Source: Plasmodiophora brassicae (Eukaryota). Taken from it: a DNA stretch of 64,000 nt. This document shows positions 23,894-37,040 of the stretch, piece after piece; the stretch's first letter is position 1; the number at the start of each line of letters is the position of its first letter. A program made the position numbers and the translations under genes. Below the pieces are notes generated by a model. It ran no database searches. It worked only from the letters and a program-made list of their open reading frames with translations, and was not told the origin of the DNA. Location: positions 310,001-374,000 of the forward strand of contig CP145415.1 in NCBI GenBank assembly GCA_036867785.1, read 5' to 3'.

Positions 23894-26325
23894 CACGGCC
23901 AAAGTTAGCGAGCCTCCTGGGGAGCATTTGGCGGACCTCCCTAGGGGTATTTTGCGGAATCTCCTGTGTGGAATTTGGCTGCAGGACCTCCAAACCGCAT
24001 CCGCCAAAAACGGCAAACGGACATTCGCCAAAACCTCCTCAGGAGCTCGGACAAACCTCCTGAGAAGGTCCTTCCACGGCCTCCGCAGGACCTCCCCAGA
24101 ACCTCCTGGAGGACCTCCGCGAAACCTCCTGCAGGACCTCCCCGAAACCTCCTGATCGTCCACAGTACTCTATAATGATCTCGGGAGCAGTAATGATTTT
24201 CAAGCTAAGAAGCTTATGTTTATTATGTAATCATGCTGTTCTGGTGTTTGTTTCTTGACGATGTCGTCTTGGAGGCGTTTGTAATGCGTGACTTGTGAAC
24301 AGCTGATCAACCGGACACCGAACAACCGGCCAGATGCTGGGATTTCTTGTTATTGGCGCGCGAACCTTTGGGGTTATGAGGGCAGAGGGCATTCAGCCAC
24401 GATCTGCATTTTATTACCCCAGAGTTGGTTCCGGCTTTCTTCGTGATCGGCGTGGGGTTTGGCTGTCTTGGATCATCCGTTGTTGATTGGTGGCGTGGAC
24501 ATAAAGTACCAGCTGCCGTTTTATTGATATGATACGGGCACAGTTTAACCGGCCGATGATCTCCGGTTTCACCCCGCAGCCTCAGGGACAGCCGGCCGCG
24601 ACTCGAGCCTTAACATCGTTCTCGCGAGAGCGTCTGTTCAAAATGACCGCGGCGCGGGCACTGTGCAGAAATTATGGGCCCCTCCTGCACAGTGTCGCAC
24701 ATTCTGTCATGCGCAGTCTCGCACTCTTTCTTCATGCGCGCGAGTCTCGCTTTTTCAATACGCGACGTCGTCAGTGCCGCCGGTTGCCACTTCGATTTCG
24801 CCATATCATATGCCATTCGACCAGAACGTGATTATTGAGCTTGAACATGGCGGGTTCTTGTGTCGAGCATGCAATGCCCGACTTGGTGGGTCGCGAACGT
24901 TGGCCATGCACTTGGCGCGCGAGGGTCATGTCCGAAGCAGCATTGCGTTCAATCACCTGTTGACCACGACTGATCCCGTTGATTCGATCGTCGATCAGAA
25001 TGACCAGACTGGTGACCAGTCTGCTGAAGCCGATGCTATACTCCACCCGATTGAGCAAGACGTCATCGAGCCGATGCATTCTGACTCTGCAGGCGGCAGC
25101 GCCCGAATCGATTGTAACGACGGTAACGACTGTATCGACCCCATTGGAGAGCTTTTCGACGATGAAGAAGACGTTCCCCAGCCCGAATGTATAAACTGTT
25201 TTCCGAAGGAGATGCATGGTCCAATGACGTCGAGCCCGAGGCGGCTGAGTGGCACCCGTATGGATCGAAGGCCCTTATCGCTCGGGCAGTTGAAACACAT
25301 CTGGTTCATTATGGGGACCAAACTCGGCTTCGACTTGCCATCGCTCGAATCTGTCCGTAGTACCCATCGACGCGTCTGCTTTCGAATCGGCCAGCCCACC
25401 AAACAGTTCACCTCCCCACTGGGCAATGGGTACTATGTGAACGACCTATCGCGTTGATTCAACGCGAACTAGGCAAGCCTTTTGTTCGTTCACGGCTGCA
25501 CATTCATGCAGAGGACTTAGGAACCTCTGTCTGCGAGACGTACCAGGCAGCGACGAACCTGTACTTCACACTCCGATGATCACTGTAACCGGTGTAGGCC
25601 CCATCGTTGTTGACGATATTGTGGCTTCCTGCTTTGGCAGCAATGTCTATCGGGTCGATCGGTTTATAACCAGGAATTGTGGGATTACATCGAGGACGAT
25701 AAGGAAAAGTTCGGCACAACTATCAATGACGATCATTACGAAGGTGACGACCCACAGGTCGAGGGGAACGAAGAACCCCGTCCCTGAAGAAGACGACGGG
25801 AATAACGAGCGTGTCCCTGATCGCATCACGACTTCCGTTACGAATACAAAATTACGATCACCATTAATGCATGTGGACGCGTTGGTCCAACGCCCGCGCC
25901 TGGCCGCTGACGAAAGTTGACAAACGTAGAAAAGAGGAGAGACGGAGAAACCTGCGACAGCGTGGTCGAAGGGATGCCCCCAACGACCCTAACCGGCATT
26001 TGCCCAATAAATACAAAATCGCAATCACCCATTCGATGTGGACGCGAACAGATTGCCGTGGGTCGTGGCCATGCTTCACGACTGAGGACCTCCTACGGAG
26101 TCTCCTTGAAAGGCCTCCTCAGGAGGTCCGCTGTTAAAATGTTCTACAGGAGCTCGGCGTCGACCTTTGAGAGAGTATTTTGCACACCACTCCGTGGGAG
26201 ACTCCAGCCGCAGTCTCCACCAGAGGTCCGAGACGAGAAACCTCCCACGGAGCCTCCGCAAGAATGGTGCCACGGAGATTTCCCCGCCAAAAACCTCCTC
26301 AGGAGAACCTCAACTTTTGGCCGTG
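23894..26325 (+). mobile_element. Internally deleted CACTA/EnSpm-like element with subterminal repeats
   Basis: TA|CACGGCCAAAGTT ... AACTTTTGGCCGTG|TA; clusters of ACCTCC/CTCCTCAGGAG repeats at 23910-24155 and 26085-26310; internal ORF 24663-25457 with a C2H2-like finger and SPLGNGYYVNDL...RSRLH. Confidence 0.7.
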
Positions 26326-26571
26326 TACGGCTGTTGGTCACCGGGACATTTTTTGGGGGAGATCGTGCCTCGAACTGGGACCTTGCGGTCCCACGACTGC
26401 TTGCTGACCTGCTGGTACTCCTGACCAGCTAGGTCACTGGGGCAGCGCCCTCCGCGACAGCGAACACCAAATGGGTTCGTGGTGGATGGCTCCGCGTTCT
26501 CATCCTACAGGATGTTCACCCTCCAAAGAACATTTCCTGTCGTATTCAGATTTCAGTACGACACAAAATGA

Positions 26572-27460
26572 TTAGACTTTCAGCAGCATTGACGTACCGA
26601 AAGATGCTTCGTTGAACACCTCGCAAGAGGACGGAAGAATAGGTCTACCACACATGTTCTCGCAGAACGTGTCAAACGACTGAAGGGAGTCTCGCATCCC
26701 CGCAAAATCAACAATATCACCACCATGTTGCTTGACGAACAGGACACAGATCTGTCGATAGTACTGCAGAAACGACGATTGCTGATAATGTCGCCAATCG
26801 TCGTTACGAAGGTGGTGATGCAAATGGCACCGGTCGTCGTGGGAGAGAACCATCAACGTCTCCTTGAAAGGGCGGACTCTACGGGTACAAAGGACCATGG
26901 AACCCGTATTCGCGTCCAAACTGGCCAATTTCTCACTGCCCAATGGGGACGCGTTGTTGGGGACAATACGATCGGGACACATGAACCTGACAATGGATCA
27001 CGTGAGGTACAGAACACCGTCAACAACGGTGACATACCCGAGTTTGCAAGAACCCGAAAAGACCTGGTAGTTTTTCACGATATTGGATGATAATCAAAAG
27101 TGTGCAGGTCCTTCTTGAGCAGCATGAAGCGCTCAGACGGTAAGCCCCACACGAACCCAGATATCGGGCCAAAAGCTTCAATGATGTCGGGTAGATGAAT
27201 AAGAGAATGGACCTGTAAACATTACGCGGTTAGGCCGTTCGAAATAGCAGTCGAAAGGGGGATTTACCGAAATTGTCATCCAAGTAGACGGTACGATTTG
27301 CTATAGATCGTTCAAAGCACGCAGGAGGCGTTGTCGAAGCCCAGGTAACTGATCCTTGGCAATGCACTTGGACATCAGGCGGTTGCATGCATCGAGTAGG
27401 TTGAAGAAAGGAAACCAGAATTTCGCGTACTTCTTCCAGCCCTGCTTCCTCAGACAGCCT
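26572..27460 (-). pseudogene. C-terminal fragment of a CACTA-type transposase
   Basis: HSLIHLPDIIEAFGPISGFVWGLPSERF matches the H.L.H+...I..FGP...W.F..ER signature. Confidence 0.55.
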
Positions 27461-27464
27461 TGTA

Positions 27465-28970
27465 CGAGACGTAGATGCCCTCTAGAATGTCGCCGAGCAG
27501 AGACGTGGCCGTCTCGTGCCAATTGTCTGAAGAGAACAGAGCCTGAGACGGCGCTGACCCGGTGCGCATGAACCCGAAGGTCAATATAACCGCAGGACGC
27601 GTCGGTATCCAACGGCAGGGGTTTAAGCAGCCTGATATGCTTCGCCACAAAATTGTCGCTGGGGTTGTGCTTGCGGCGTAGAAACATCGTCACCGCCATG
27701 AAGGTCAGTAAGATAGGACATGACATTCGCGTAGTCGTCGGCGTCGTACATTGAGAACGCGTCGCTCAGAGCGAACATCGAGTGCTTGCGCAAAGGGTGT
27801 CCTAGTGGTGCCGGTTCCACACGTCGCATGCCATGGAAAATGCCTTGCTTAACGCCTGATTCATGTGGACTGCGATGACAGTAGGCGTGACCCATGTCGC
27901 AAATGTATAGAAACTCGACGAACCTGCCAAACGCTTCGAGCGTCTTCTTATCGTCGTGTTGGCAATCAGGAAGTTCAGGTGCATCGCAATGCTGTAGAAG
28001 TGTACAGCCAAGCTGGACGAAGTCAATAAATATCATTCGTGCCAGGGGCTTCAGGCCGCTTCGGCGTGGCGTCCCCGGGATCAGAAGCGTCTTGCAATGG
28101 TACCGGTTCTGGTTCTTGGGCGTCGTTCTCCTCAGCCCAACTGTCGCGTAAAAGGGAAAATGGAACGACGACGTCAAGTGGAACATCACCAAAGCTAGAT
28201 AAAGCAGTAGACGAACGCGGCGCCAGAGCGTGCGATATACCATCGCGGTGAAATGTCATCATATGCAACAACGCGTTTGAAACAAGGACGTGAACGACAA
28301 GGACACGAGCGTGGGTTAGCGGACCGGGCCCTGAGAACCAAGATGAAACGGCTGGTTTGGACAAAGCTCCAGCAGCTGACCCCGACAGATTTCTGCAGAC
28401 CCGGCAACCCGTTGCATAATTAATATCAACGCTTCTTTGGCCACTTTCGAGCAACGCCTGACATAGTTGCAAATTGAGACGGCGGTCCGGATCGCGGAGA
28501 GCAACAGCGTTTGTACACAATATGCCCAGCCTGTAAATCATAAGAGAGGTACTCGAGCTGTTCATTACTAAGAACATGCCTGGACCATGCTTTTGAAACC
28601 CGAACAGGCCCTGCTTTGTTGGGGACATGCAGGCCCGTACAAGCATAGACAAGTTTGTCGAAAGACGATGACGCAGGTACCACGGCACGTGAGGCGTCTC
28701 GTTTCTTAACGCGACGCTGCTTGCAGAGGTGCCCCCAATCGATAACACCGTTACAATCGTCCTCATCGATAGCAATGGTTCTTCCGAGCCGCCGCAAATC
28801 CCTGTGGATGGCCTTCCCAACTAACAGTACGTTGACAGATCGGAAGACTTCGACGACGGACACAGGTACGAGATATCTACCATCGACATCCCGCTTCTCG
28901 TTCGCGAATATGTGGCATATATTAGGGCTCATGCCATAGACAAGGCTGGCTCGGACTTCCGGAATCCGGG
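27465..28970 (-). pseudogene. 5' portion of degenerate transposase-like gene with WRN-type 3'-5' exonuclease domain
   Basis: LLVGKAIHRDLRRL...SFDKLV...RVSKAWSRHVLSNEQLEYLSYD (DEDDy/WRN-like); then VKQGIFHGMRRV, HPLRKHSMFALSDAFS, KHIRLLKPLP, LLGDILEGIYV. Confidence 0.6.
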
Positions 28971-29298
28971 AGCTGCTGTCGAGGCTAGATAAACACATAT
29001 TAGAGAACTTTCGGAGCCGCTTTTCCGTTCAGTTTCCCGTTCCGCTGCCCGGCACAGCCACCGTCACAGAGTCGAAGCCCAAAAGTCTCCAAACCGAAAA
29101 GCTGAGCCAGAGGTGAAAAAGGCCGCGCTAACGGAACTACTTTTCCGTCCGCCGACAGCGTCAGAAGTGGGCACCGCCGAGCCCGTGGCGCAAGACTTCT
29201 GCTTTTTGCACTCAACACACCCATCATCACGAACCGGCACCTGGCAAGTGGCAACGCCCTCGTGGATCCACCGCCATCTGCGATTTTTTCCGCGATGT

Positions 29299-32200
29299 TG
29301 AGAAGGACAATAATGAAGTGGATGTATTACGTACGGCGTGTGCGGCGGACGTTACAGTGGCGACGTAGTCGCCGACGGTGTAACGGTTGCCAACGCCGGC
29401 GGGCACGGAGTCGCGGAGTGCGTGACGGCGTTCACGTGCTGCAGGCATGTGCTGCTGGTCGTAGTGGATACGTTGTTCGACACGCCCCCTCCAGCAGCAC
29501 ACGGCCTGGGACTTGTGTCGATGATGCCGGCCAGGAGCAGGTTCGCATGATACGAGGTGCTGAGAGCGGGCTTCGTGAGGTAGTCTGCAGCCATCTCGGC
29601 GGACGGGCACTTGTGGACCACGATCAAACTGGCCTCGACGGCCTCCCGGGTGTAGTGAAACTGCACCTCGATGTCCTTCGTGCGATCATCCATCCGACGA
29701 TAGCCAGACCAGGCCTTCGCGCCTTGATTGTCCTCGTATACGATCGTCGGACTGGAGCGTGCGAAGCCGATTTCGGTCAGGAATGACCGGATCCAGGCCA
29801 GCTGGCGGGTAACAGCACACAGCGACTTGATCTCTGCATGTGTGGACGATAAGCTAACTTTGACTGCGCCCAGGTCTTGGCGACGTGACTGCCAGTGCAC
29901 GGGGCCGCCAGCCAGCAGGATGATGTGGCCGGAGCGCGACCGTCGCGTGTCAGGGTCGGATGCCCAATCAGCGTCGGCGTATGCGATCAGACGATCTTCG
30001 GGCTGGCGTTCGTATCGGATGCCGTGCGTCATGGTGCCGGCGAGGTACTTAAGAACGCGTTGCCCCGCACGCCAATGCTGGATGCCGGGATTCGAGGAGA
30101 ATTGGGCCAGTACATTCGTTATGTACGCGATGTCGGGACGGCATCGATGGGCGAGCCATGTCAGGCAGCCAATAAGTTTGAGGTACGGCTTGGTCGCCAT
30201 TTCGTCACGGTCGAGGTCGCTTTGTGGACTCATTGTCGTTGATAGGTGAACGCCAGGCTGGTGCGGCGTGTCGACCGGATGACAATGCGACATGTTGAAG
30301 TCGCTCAACACCTTCTCGATGTACTCGGCTTGGTCAAGGGTGATGGCGCCGGTGCCAGGTTCGCGTCGGATGCGCATGCCAAGCAGGGTCGACGGTTCAC
30401 CTTGATCGGTGATCTCGGCCATCGTGGAGAGCTTCTCGAGAACGGATTCCGCGAACGGGACGTCATTGTACGCCAGCAGACCGTCGTCGGTGTGCACCGA
30501 CATGATCATGAACTTTCCATCGCGATCGTACCGGAAGACGCAGGGGTCCGCGATGATCGATTCGAATCCGAGTGATAACAGCATCTCCCGAAGCGTCTTG
30601 TACCAACGTTCGGCGCCTTGTTTCGTTCCATAAAGGGCCTTTTGCAGTTGACGAACTCGGTACGGGACGTGATGATCGGTGAAGCCATCCGGCTGACGAA
30701 TGTAAACATCATGGAGCATGTCGGCGTTCAGGTATGCGGCCACCCAGTCGACCTGGCGAAGATGCAGGCCGTGCTGCGCCGCGAGCGCTAGGATAACGAG
30801 GAACGCAGTGGCACGGGCGGTCGGCGCGAACGTATCGTCGAAGTCGATGCCGGGGCGTTGTCGGAAGCCCTGAGCACAGAGTCGGGCGGTGAACTTGCGC
30901 GCGGATGCCACCGTTGCCACTGAGCGAGGACTTCACTCGGAACACCCACTTGGCGCCAACAGCGATCTTACTTTTCGGCAGGTCGATTAGCGGGCCGAAC
31001 GTGTCCTTGGCGTCCAGTGTTGCCATCTGGGTGACGGCGGCGTCCCACCAGTGGCCAGCGAAAGGTGATGAGAGGGCATCGGCCATTGAGTTGGGTACGG
31101 GAATGTCGGTCGCTTTCAGCTTCGACAGGTCGGGTCGTGGTAGACGGGCTGGGTCGATCGGGGCGGATACCTTGGCTCGACATGCCTTGGCAGCTGCGCC
31201 GCGACATGTCGGACGGTTGGACCTGATGGCCTGATCGATCAGACGGCGCTCCTCAACCTGCTGCCAATGCCGGATCAGTCGGCGGGAGCGACGAGGAGGG
31301 CGCTGTGTCGGGAACGTTAGGGTCGGATTCTGGAACCAGGCGTCGACCGTCGAGGACCACCGTGTCGACGAACGATTGGCCGCCTCCGGCGCCTTCCACC
31401 ATTCACCAGGCGGTTGACGACGACGATTCGATCGGCGAGGGCGTGGCACGTCGATGACATTGTGGTCAACGATATCAGCAGCATCGGAATTGTCGTGGAC
31501 GTCGGGGTCGGCAGCTTCGTTGGGAGAGTCGTTGCTGGACGCCGAACCTTCGTAGTCGGGATCATCTTCAGCGTCATCATCATCTTCGTCGGTGGATACG
31601 TCATCAGGAGACGGTGAGCGCGACGGTCGGACGATCTCGGAAGGCGATGACGCAGCGGCAGGTGACGGAGGCTCGGGAGGGGATGCTGCGAGAGAGGATG
31701 CTGACGTCGATGGTAGAGGTGCCATGACGGCGTCGGAAGAGACGGGCGTCGGGACGATCGTGTCAACGTTCGGCGCAGAGCTCGACTCGGGACTGGACGG
31801 TGGCGCTGATGATGAACTAGCAGGGCTGGATCTTCCAAAGCCGAATGTGAACGAGGTCTCCAGGAACTCGGCAGTCGTGCTCTCGAACGTGTCTTCCCGG
31901 TCCACGTCGTAGAACCGCCAAGCCTTCATGCCGGGCGTGAAACCGATAAACACAGCGCGAACACGACGAGGCTCCAACTTGCTCGGCTTCTTCGTGGCTG
32001 GATGCGGTCGCATGGCATATATAGGCATCGCAACCGTAGACACGAAGGGCCGAGATGTTAGGTAGGGCGCGACGAGCAGCCTCGAACGATGTGCGACGCC
32101 CGGGAAGGACTGATCTCGGGTGGATGTTGTACAGTATCGCAGAGTAGGACAGCGACCAGGGCCACGTGGAGTCAGGCATGCGAGAGTGGCACCGGATTGA

Positions 32201-34542
32201 GCTTTCGATACCGCAGAGCGTGTGGTTGACGCTTTCAGCGCGGCCGTTCTGCTCGGGCGTGTACGGGACAGATTTGCGGTGCAGGATGCCGGACTCGTTG
32301 TAGAACAGGACGCACGCCTTGGAGTTGTACTCGCCGCCACCGTCGGTCTGGAACGTCCGGATACCACGTCCTTCCTGGTTGCGAAGACGCGCGTCATAGT
32401 GCTTGATGACGTCGAGCGCCTCCGATTTGCGACGTAGCAGATAGACGGACAGGTACCGAGAGGAATCGTCCAGCATGGTCTGGTAGTACTCAAAGCCGCC
32501 GACACCGACGACAGGCCACCGTCCGGACAGATCGCTATGGACGAGATCGCCAACACGACGCGCGCGCGACGTACTGGGAGGGAATGATGACCGTTTGCCC
32601 TTGGCGAGTAAACATGCAGCGCATGGACATCGATCTTGCGGCCTCGGGATTGGCCCGTCGAACTTCATGCCACGACAACGTTTGTGCAGGATGCGCAGGT
32701 TGCCGTAACCCAGGTGGCCGGTTCGAGCGTGCCAGACAGCTGGAGCTGCGGCGGTGACCTTAGCGACGCGGCATGAGACGCTGGATGCGATCAAGGAGCA
32801 GACTCGGGCAGAGTGAAGTGTGCCGGGCGCGGAGGTTGGAGCGGATAATGGAATCCGGTACAGGTTATCGTGTCCTCGTTGACTGACGGCCACTGGCTGA
32901 CCGACGGGCGCCGTCCAGTTGGCCCCCGAGTAGATCTTCGCGGTATCGCCGTCGAACACGATCTTGTGACCTGATCTGGTGAGCTGGCCAACTGATACTA
33001 GCGCTTGGCCAAGTCGGGGAACGTGCAGCGAATCGATACTCGTCGCCTGGACATCCATGCCGAATGACGTCACGCCTCGACCGGAAGTGGTTGTACGCGA
33101 CAGATCGGCTAGCTCAACTTCCGGTCCGGTGCCTTGGCGATAGCAGCTGAGATGTCGGCGCAGGGGCGTCATCGTCGTGGAACACGCTGAGTCCAGTAGG
33201 CCTACTGAGTTCGCGTACACGTCGATGGCGTGGCGTGCCGACAAAGCACGCATCGGCTCGGGCGCCGGATCGATCGGATGAGCGCCAGACGTTGGATACT
33301 CGTTGGACGTTGGTGAGGATGTATTGCTTTTCGCGTTGCTGTCGCGGTACCAGATGTGTCGTTGCAGCGTGCATTCGCCGTTAGTGTGCTTGGATCCGGG
33401 ATGGAAGACGCAGGACTCGTTGCGTCGTGGTCCACGGGGACGCGTCGATGTGGCGCAACTGGAGCGGTTGGCCGTTTGGAACGCGTCGTGTCGGTCCCGC
33501 ACGTCTTGGACCCTGATCTCCTCGCTTGTCAACGACCCGACGACCTCGGAGACACTGGGCAGCGTGTCCAGAGCACGATTGTGCAGGCCAGCGACGACGG
33601 CGTCGAGATCGGATGATGCGTTGGCCAAGATGAGGACGGCGACCAATGCGTCGGTGAGGGACAGCATCTCGGTCGGTACCGTCGACCGGACGCGATGAGC
33701 CGCTGCTTGAACTCGGGCGGCGTACGTGGCGACCGACTCGCCGGGCATGTGCTGGACCGTGACGAGGTCGCGGACGGCGCGCACGACCGATGCCAGCGAC
33801 GACGGGCTGTACGCCTGGAACAGCACGCGCCAGCACTTGGCAGCCGAGCCTGCCTGAAACAAAGACAATGCGGACGCGATCTTGTGGTCCAGCATGTGGA
33901 CGAGTAGAATCTCGCGCGCGGCTGCCTCGAGAGCTGGGTCGTGTGCCGTACCGGTTGTCGCAGTCGGCGAGCCATCTTCGTTGATCCCGATGACGTCCGC
34001 GTACCCACGATTGCGAAACCAGAGTGCAGCTGTCTGAACCCAGGACGTGAACGAGTCGGGAGTACCGTCGAACTTGGGCATGGGCAGTCGGCCTGCGTCG
34101 CTTCGGCTGTGCGCCTCGGCGATGATCGGCATGGCCGGGGTCGATGGACAGCTGGTCGGACGCGCCAGCTGCTGCTGCAGGACACGGAGACGGTCGATCT
34201 TCTCCTGCCTGGCGATCGTTGCCTCCGCTTCGGCAATTCGGGTGTCGATCTCCTCGAGCGACAGATGACGCAGCGGGTCGTCATCCGTGTTAGGCGTCGC
34301 CTGGCGCTCGGCCATGGCGAGTAGGGGCTCAGCGCCTGCGCCTATACGACTGTTAATCTGAGAAGGACAATAATGAAGTGGATGTATTACGTACGGCGTG
34401 TGCGGCGGACGTTACAGTGGCGACGTAGTCGCCGACGGTGTAACGGTTGCCAACGCCGGCGGGCACGGAGTCGCGGAGTGCGTGACGGCGTTCACGTGCT
34501 GCAGGCATGTGCTGCTGGTCGTAGTGGATACGTTGTTCGACA
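29299..34542 (-). mobile_element. Ty1/Copia element copy A
   Basis: 184-bp LTRs 29299-29482 and 34359-34542; TSD GATGT; PPT GGAGGGGG; gag-PR-IN-RT-RH order. Confidence 0.96.
29352..34315 (-). pseudogene. Copia A polyprotein, two 4-bp frameshifting insertions
   Basis: Colinear with the 1546-aa ORF of copy B but with extra TATA (~32018) and GCGC (~30898). Confidence 0.9.
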
Positions 34543-34543
34543 G

Positions 34544-35706
34544 ATGTCTGCGCCACCAGATCCTAGCATTGTCGAGGCGACGACCACTGTCCCCAATGAC
34601 TTGTTCAACGTTCCAGGCGCTTATAGAAACAAGGACTGCCAGCCGCTGGCACAGGGCGGCGCCCCGACGCACAAGCGGTTTGCGGCATGGCACGATGTGC
34701 TCCTGCTGCGCGCAGCGAACGACATCAAGCCTTGGGAGGCGAAGTACGGGAAGGTGATGGCCGTGTGGGACCTCATTGCCGCTCGGCTGGCCAACACCAT
34801 CGGCTTTGGCCTGAAGAAAGACGGGGCTTCGCTGAAAAAGCGTTTCGAACTCATAGTCGATCAGTTCAGGAAGGACGACCAGGAGTCCCTCAAGAAGTCC
34901 GGCGTCGAGGAAGAATTCACCGAGAAACAGGAACTCTTGACCGATATCGTCACCAGAATGGACGATCATCTGACGATGACCGCGGCTGCGAAGGCTGAGT
35001 TGACCGGCAAGAAGGAAGCCGTCGAAGCGTCGGGGGCCATCATGCGCGAACTCGCGATGCGAGAAATGGGCTACGAGAGTCTCGACGACGAAAATAATGG
35101 CGACACAGTGCTGAACGGAGAGGTTTCCGGCGAGAATCTCACGAATGCCAGTGTGCGTCTTGCTCTGAATTTCAAATTTCACTAACATTTGCTAACATAT
35201 GCTGCCAGAGTGATAACCCCATGGAGATTGCCTCGCCCTCTCCCCACCAGCCGAATAGGATGAAAAGGACAGGCGATTTCCGGCGCAAGATCAGCAAGCG
35301 CCAGAAGCTGGATGCCTTCTCTGACGCAATCGCGGCGGGCGTTAGTCAAAGCAACCAAGCACAGGCGGATAAGTTGCAGATCCTGCAGCAGCGGCTGGCG
35401 TTCGACATGGACAATGCAAGGCGCCTGCTGGAGTTCGAAGAGCGACAATGGCAGCGCGACGAGGAGCGCGAGGAGCGGCAACGGCAGCGCGACGAGGAGC
35501 GCGAAGAGCGACAACGGCTCCGGGATGAACAGCGAGAAGAGCGTCAGCACCAAAACATGCTGCGCGACGAGGAGCGCGAGGAGCGGCAACGGCAGCGCGA
35601 CGAGGAGCGCGAAGAGCGACAACGGCTCCGGGATGAACAGCGAGACGAGCGTCAGCAGCAAAACATGCTGGCGATCGTTGCCCTCTTGACGAAGAACACT
35701 CAATAA
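34544..35706 (+). CDS. Harbinger accessory Myb/SANT-like DNA-binding protein with coiled-coil tail, one intron (~35153-35208)
   Basis: RFAAWHDVLLLR...KPW...WDLIAARL...SLKKRF...SGVEEEFTEKQELL; RDEEREERQRQ repeats. Confidence 0.8.
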
Positions 35707-35713
35707 ATTCTGT

Positions 35714-36844
35714 TTATTCACATCCGAGGTATTCCTCCAGTGAGGGCGGAAGCATGTCAAAATACATGCTGATTTGGTTGCCACGTGGTTGCAGTGTTGT
35801 ATGGCAATTCGTCAACAAGGTGGCGACCAAGAACGAAATCCCAACCGGAGCCTTTCGGACCTTCTGCTTCTTGTCAAAGTCCATATACGACCACAACGTC
35901 TTTAGCCGTCCGAACGCCCATTCGACTGCCTCGCGAACCGAGCTCATTGCGGCATTAAAGTGCTTCTGAAGAGATCCAGGAGCCGGAGCGTTGAAAGGGC
36001 AACACATAAGGTCGTTACAGCCATATGCAGGGTCTCCGTAGATAAGGCGTCCTCCGAACACGTCAGGGCGGCTCCTCAGCAAAGGCAGAATATTGCTCAT
36101 CGACAGCAGCGTTGTGTCATGTCGCCGACCTTCGACGGGGCCGTACATACTGACTATCAGTCCATCAGGCGTTGTGATGCCCTGCCAACTAAAACAATGC
36201 GTCCTCGTGTGCCCACTGAACACGGACCTCTGAAGGTTTTCGCCGGAGGGAGCGTCATCTCTAGGGCTTGGACGGCACAAGTGCTGCTTGGTGCCATCAA
36301 TGAACGCCCAACAGTTCGGAAGTGGCGCTCCCTTCTCCTGGATTGCTTGACAGTATCTAGCAATTCGAGCTTCGACCACTGGCATGTTGAAGTAGATCAA
36401 GTGCTTGTGGTTCCGATACACAAGCTTTGCGGTGTGCCAGAAAAGTCGCGATATCGCAGGCTCCGAGCGCCCGAACTCATTCGCGATAGTGTACAGCCAT
36501 GCTGGCTCCGCCAACCGCCGGCACAGCAGGGCAATTGCCTCAAGACCGGAGATCTTATCGCCTGCCTTCGTCACGACCACATCCGGGATCTTGAGAGATC
36601 GCCGGAGTCGTCGTAACTCGGATATCGTGAAACGATATCGTTTCCTGGCAGCCGCATCTGGTAGAAGCGGATCGAAGTGGTTGCTGTGGTCGATTTCTGC
36701 GCCTGCAGGTCGTACCGCGAACCATCGGTTGTCGAGCATGACCGACATGATCTCCAGGAAACGTCGCCTATTCCAGCCAACGCCGACAAGCACGAGCAGT
36801 AGAACGCGGATCGCCTCTTCCTCCGTCAAACGCGGTACGTTCAT
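35714..36844 (-). CDS. Harbinger/HARBI1-like DDE transposase
   Basis: WAFIDGTK, GRRHD, IYGDPAYG, REAVEWAFGRLK; intact ORF. Confidence 0.92.
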   Translation of the reverse strand: MNVPRLTEEEAIRVLLLVLVGVGWNRRRFLEIMSVMLDNRWFAVRPAGAEIDHSNHFDPLLPDAAARKRYRFTISELRRLRRSLKIPDVVVTKAGDKISGLEAIALLCRRLAEPAWLYTIANEFGRSEPAISRLFWHTAKLVYRNHKHLIYFNMPVVEARIARYCQAIQEKGAPLPNCWAFIDGTKQHLCRPSPRDDAPSGENLQRSVFSGHTRTHCFSWQGITTPDGLIVSMYGPVEGRRHDTTLLSMSNILPLLRSRPDVFGGRLIYGDPAYGCNDLMCCPFNAPAPGSLQKHFNAAMSSVREAVEWAFGRLKTLWSYMDFDKKQKVRKAPVGISFLVATLLTNCHTTLQPRGNQISMYFDMLPPSLEEYLGCE

Positions 36845-37040
36845 ATTGCTATGAACGGAACGGAAAACGCTTTCGAAAGGCAGCACCTGTCGACCTTTCC
36901 GTTCCGTGACTGGCTGCGGCTGCGACTGTAGCTGTGCCGGGCAGCGGAACGGGAAACTGAACGGAAAAGTGGCTCCGAAAGTTCTCTATTGCCTAGCCGG
37001 AATACGACACAGTGATCACTGTAGTCACGTACGAAGGTCG

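Larger units (their letters stand above)
29002..36987. mobile_element. PIF/Harbinger DNA transposon (interrupted by Copia A)
   Basis: 57-bp TIRs 29002-29058 and 36931-36987 (1 mismatch); 3-bp TSD ATT; two convergent genes. Confidence 0.92.

Noticed and set aside
35455-35660. Tandem repeat as an independent element
   Set aside because: It is the coding coiled-coil repeat of the Harbinger accessory protein
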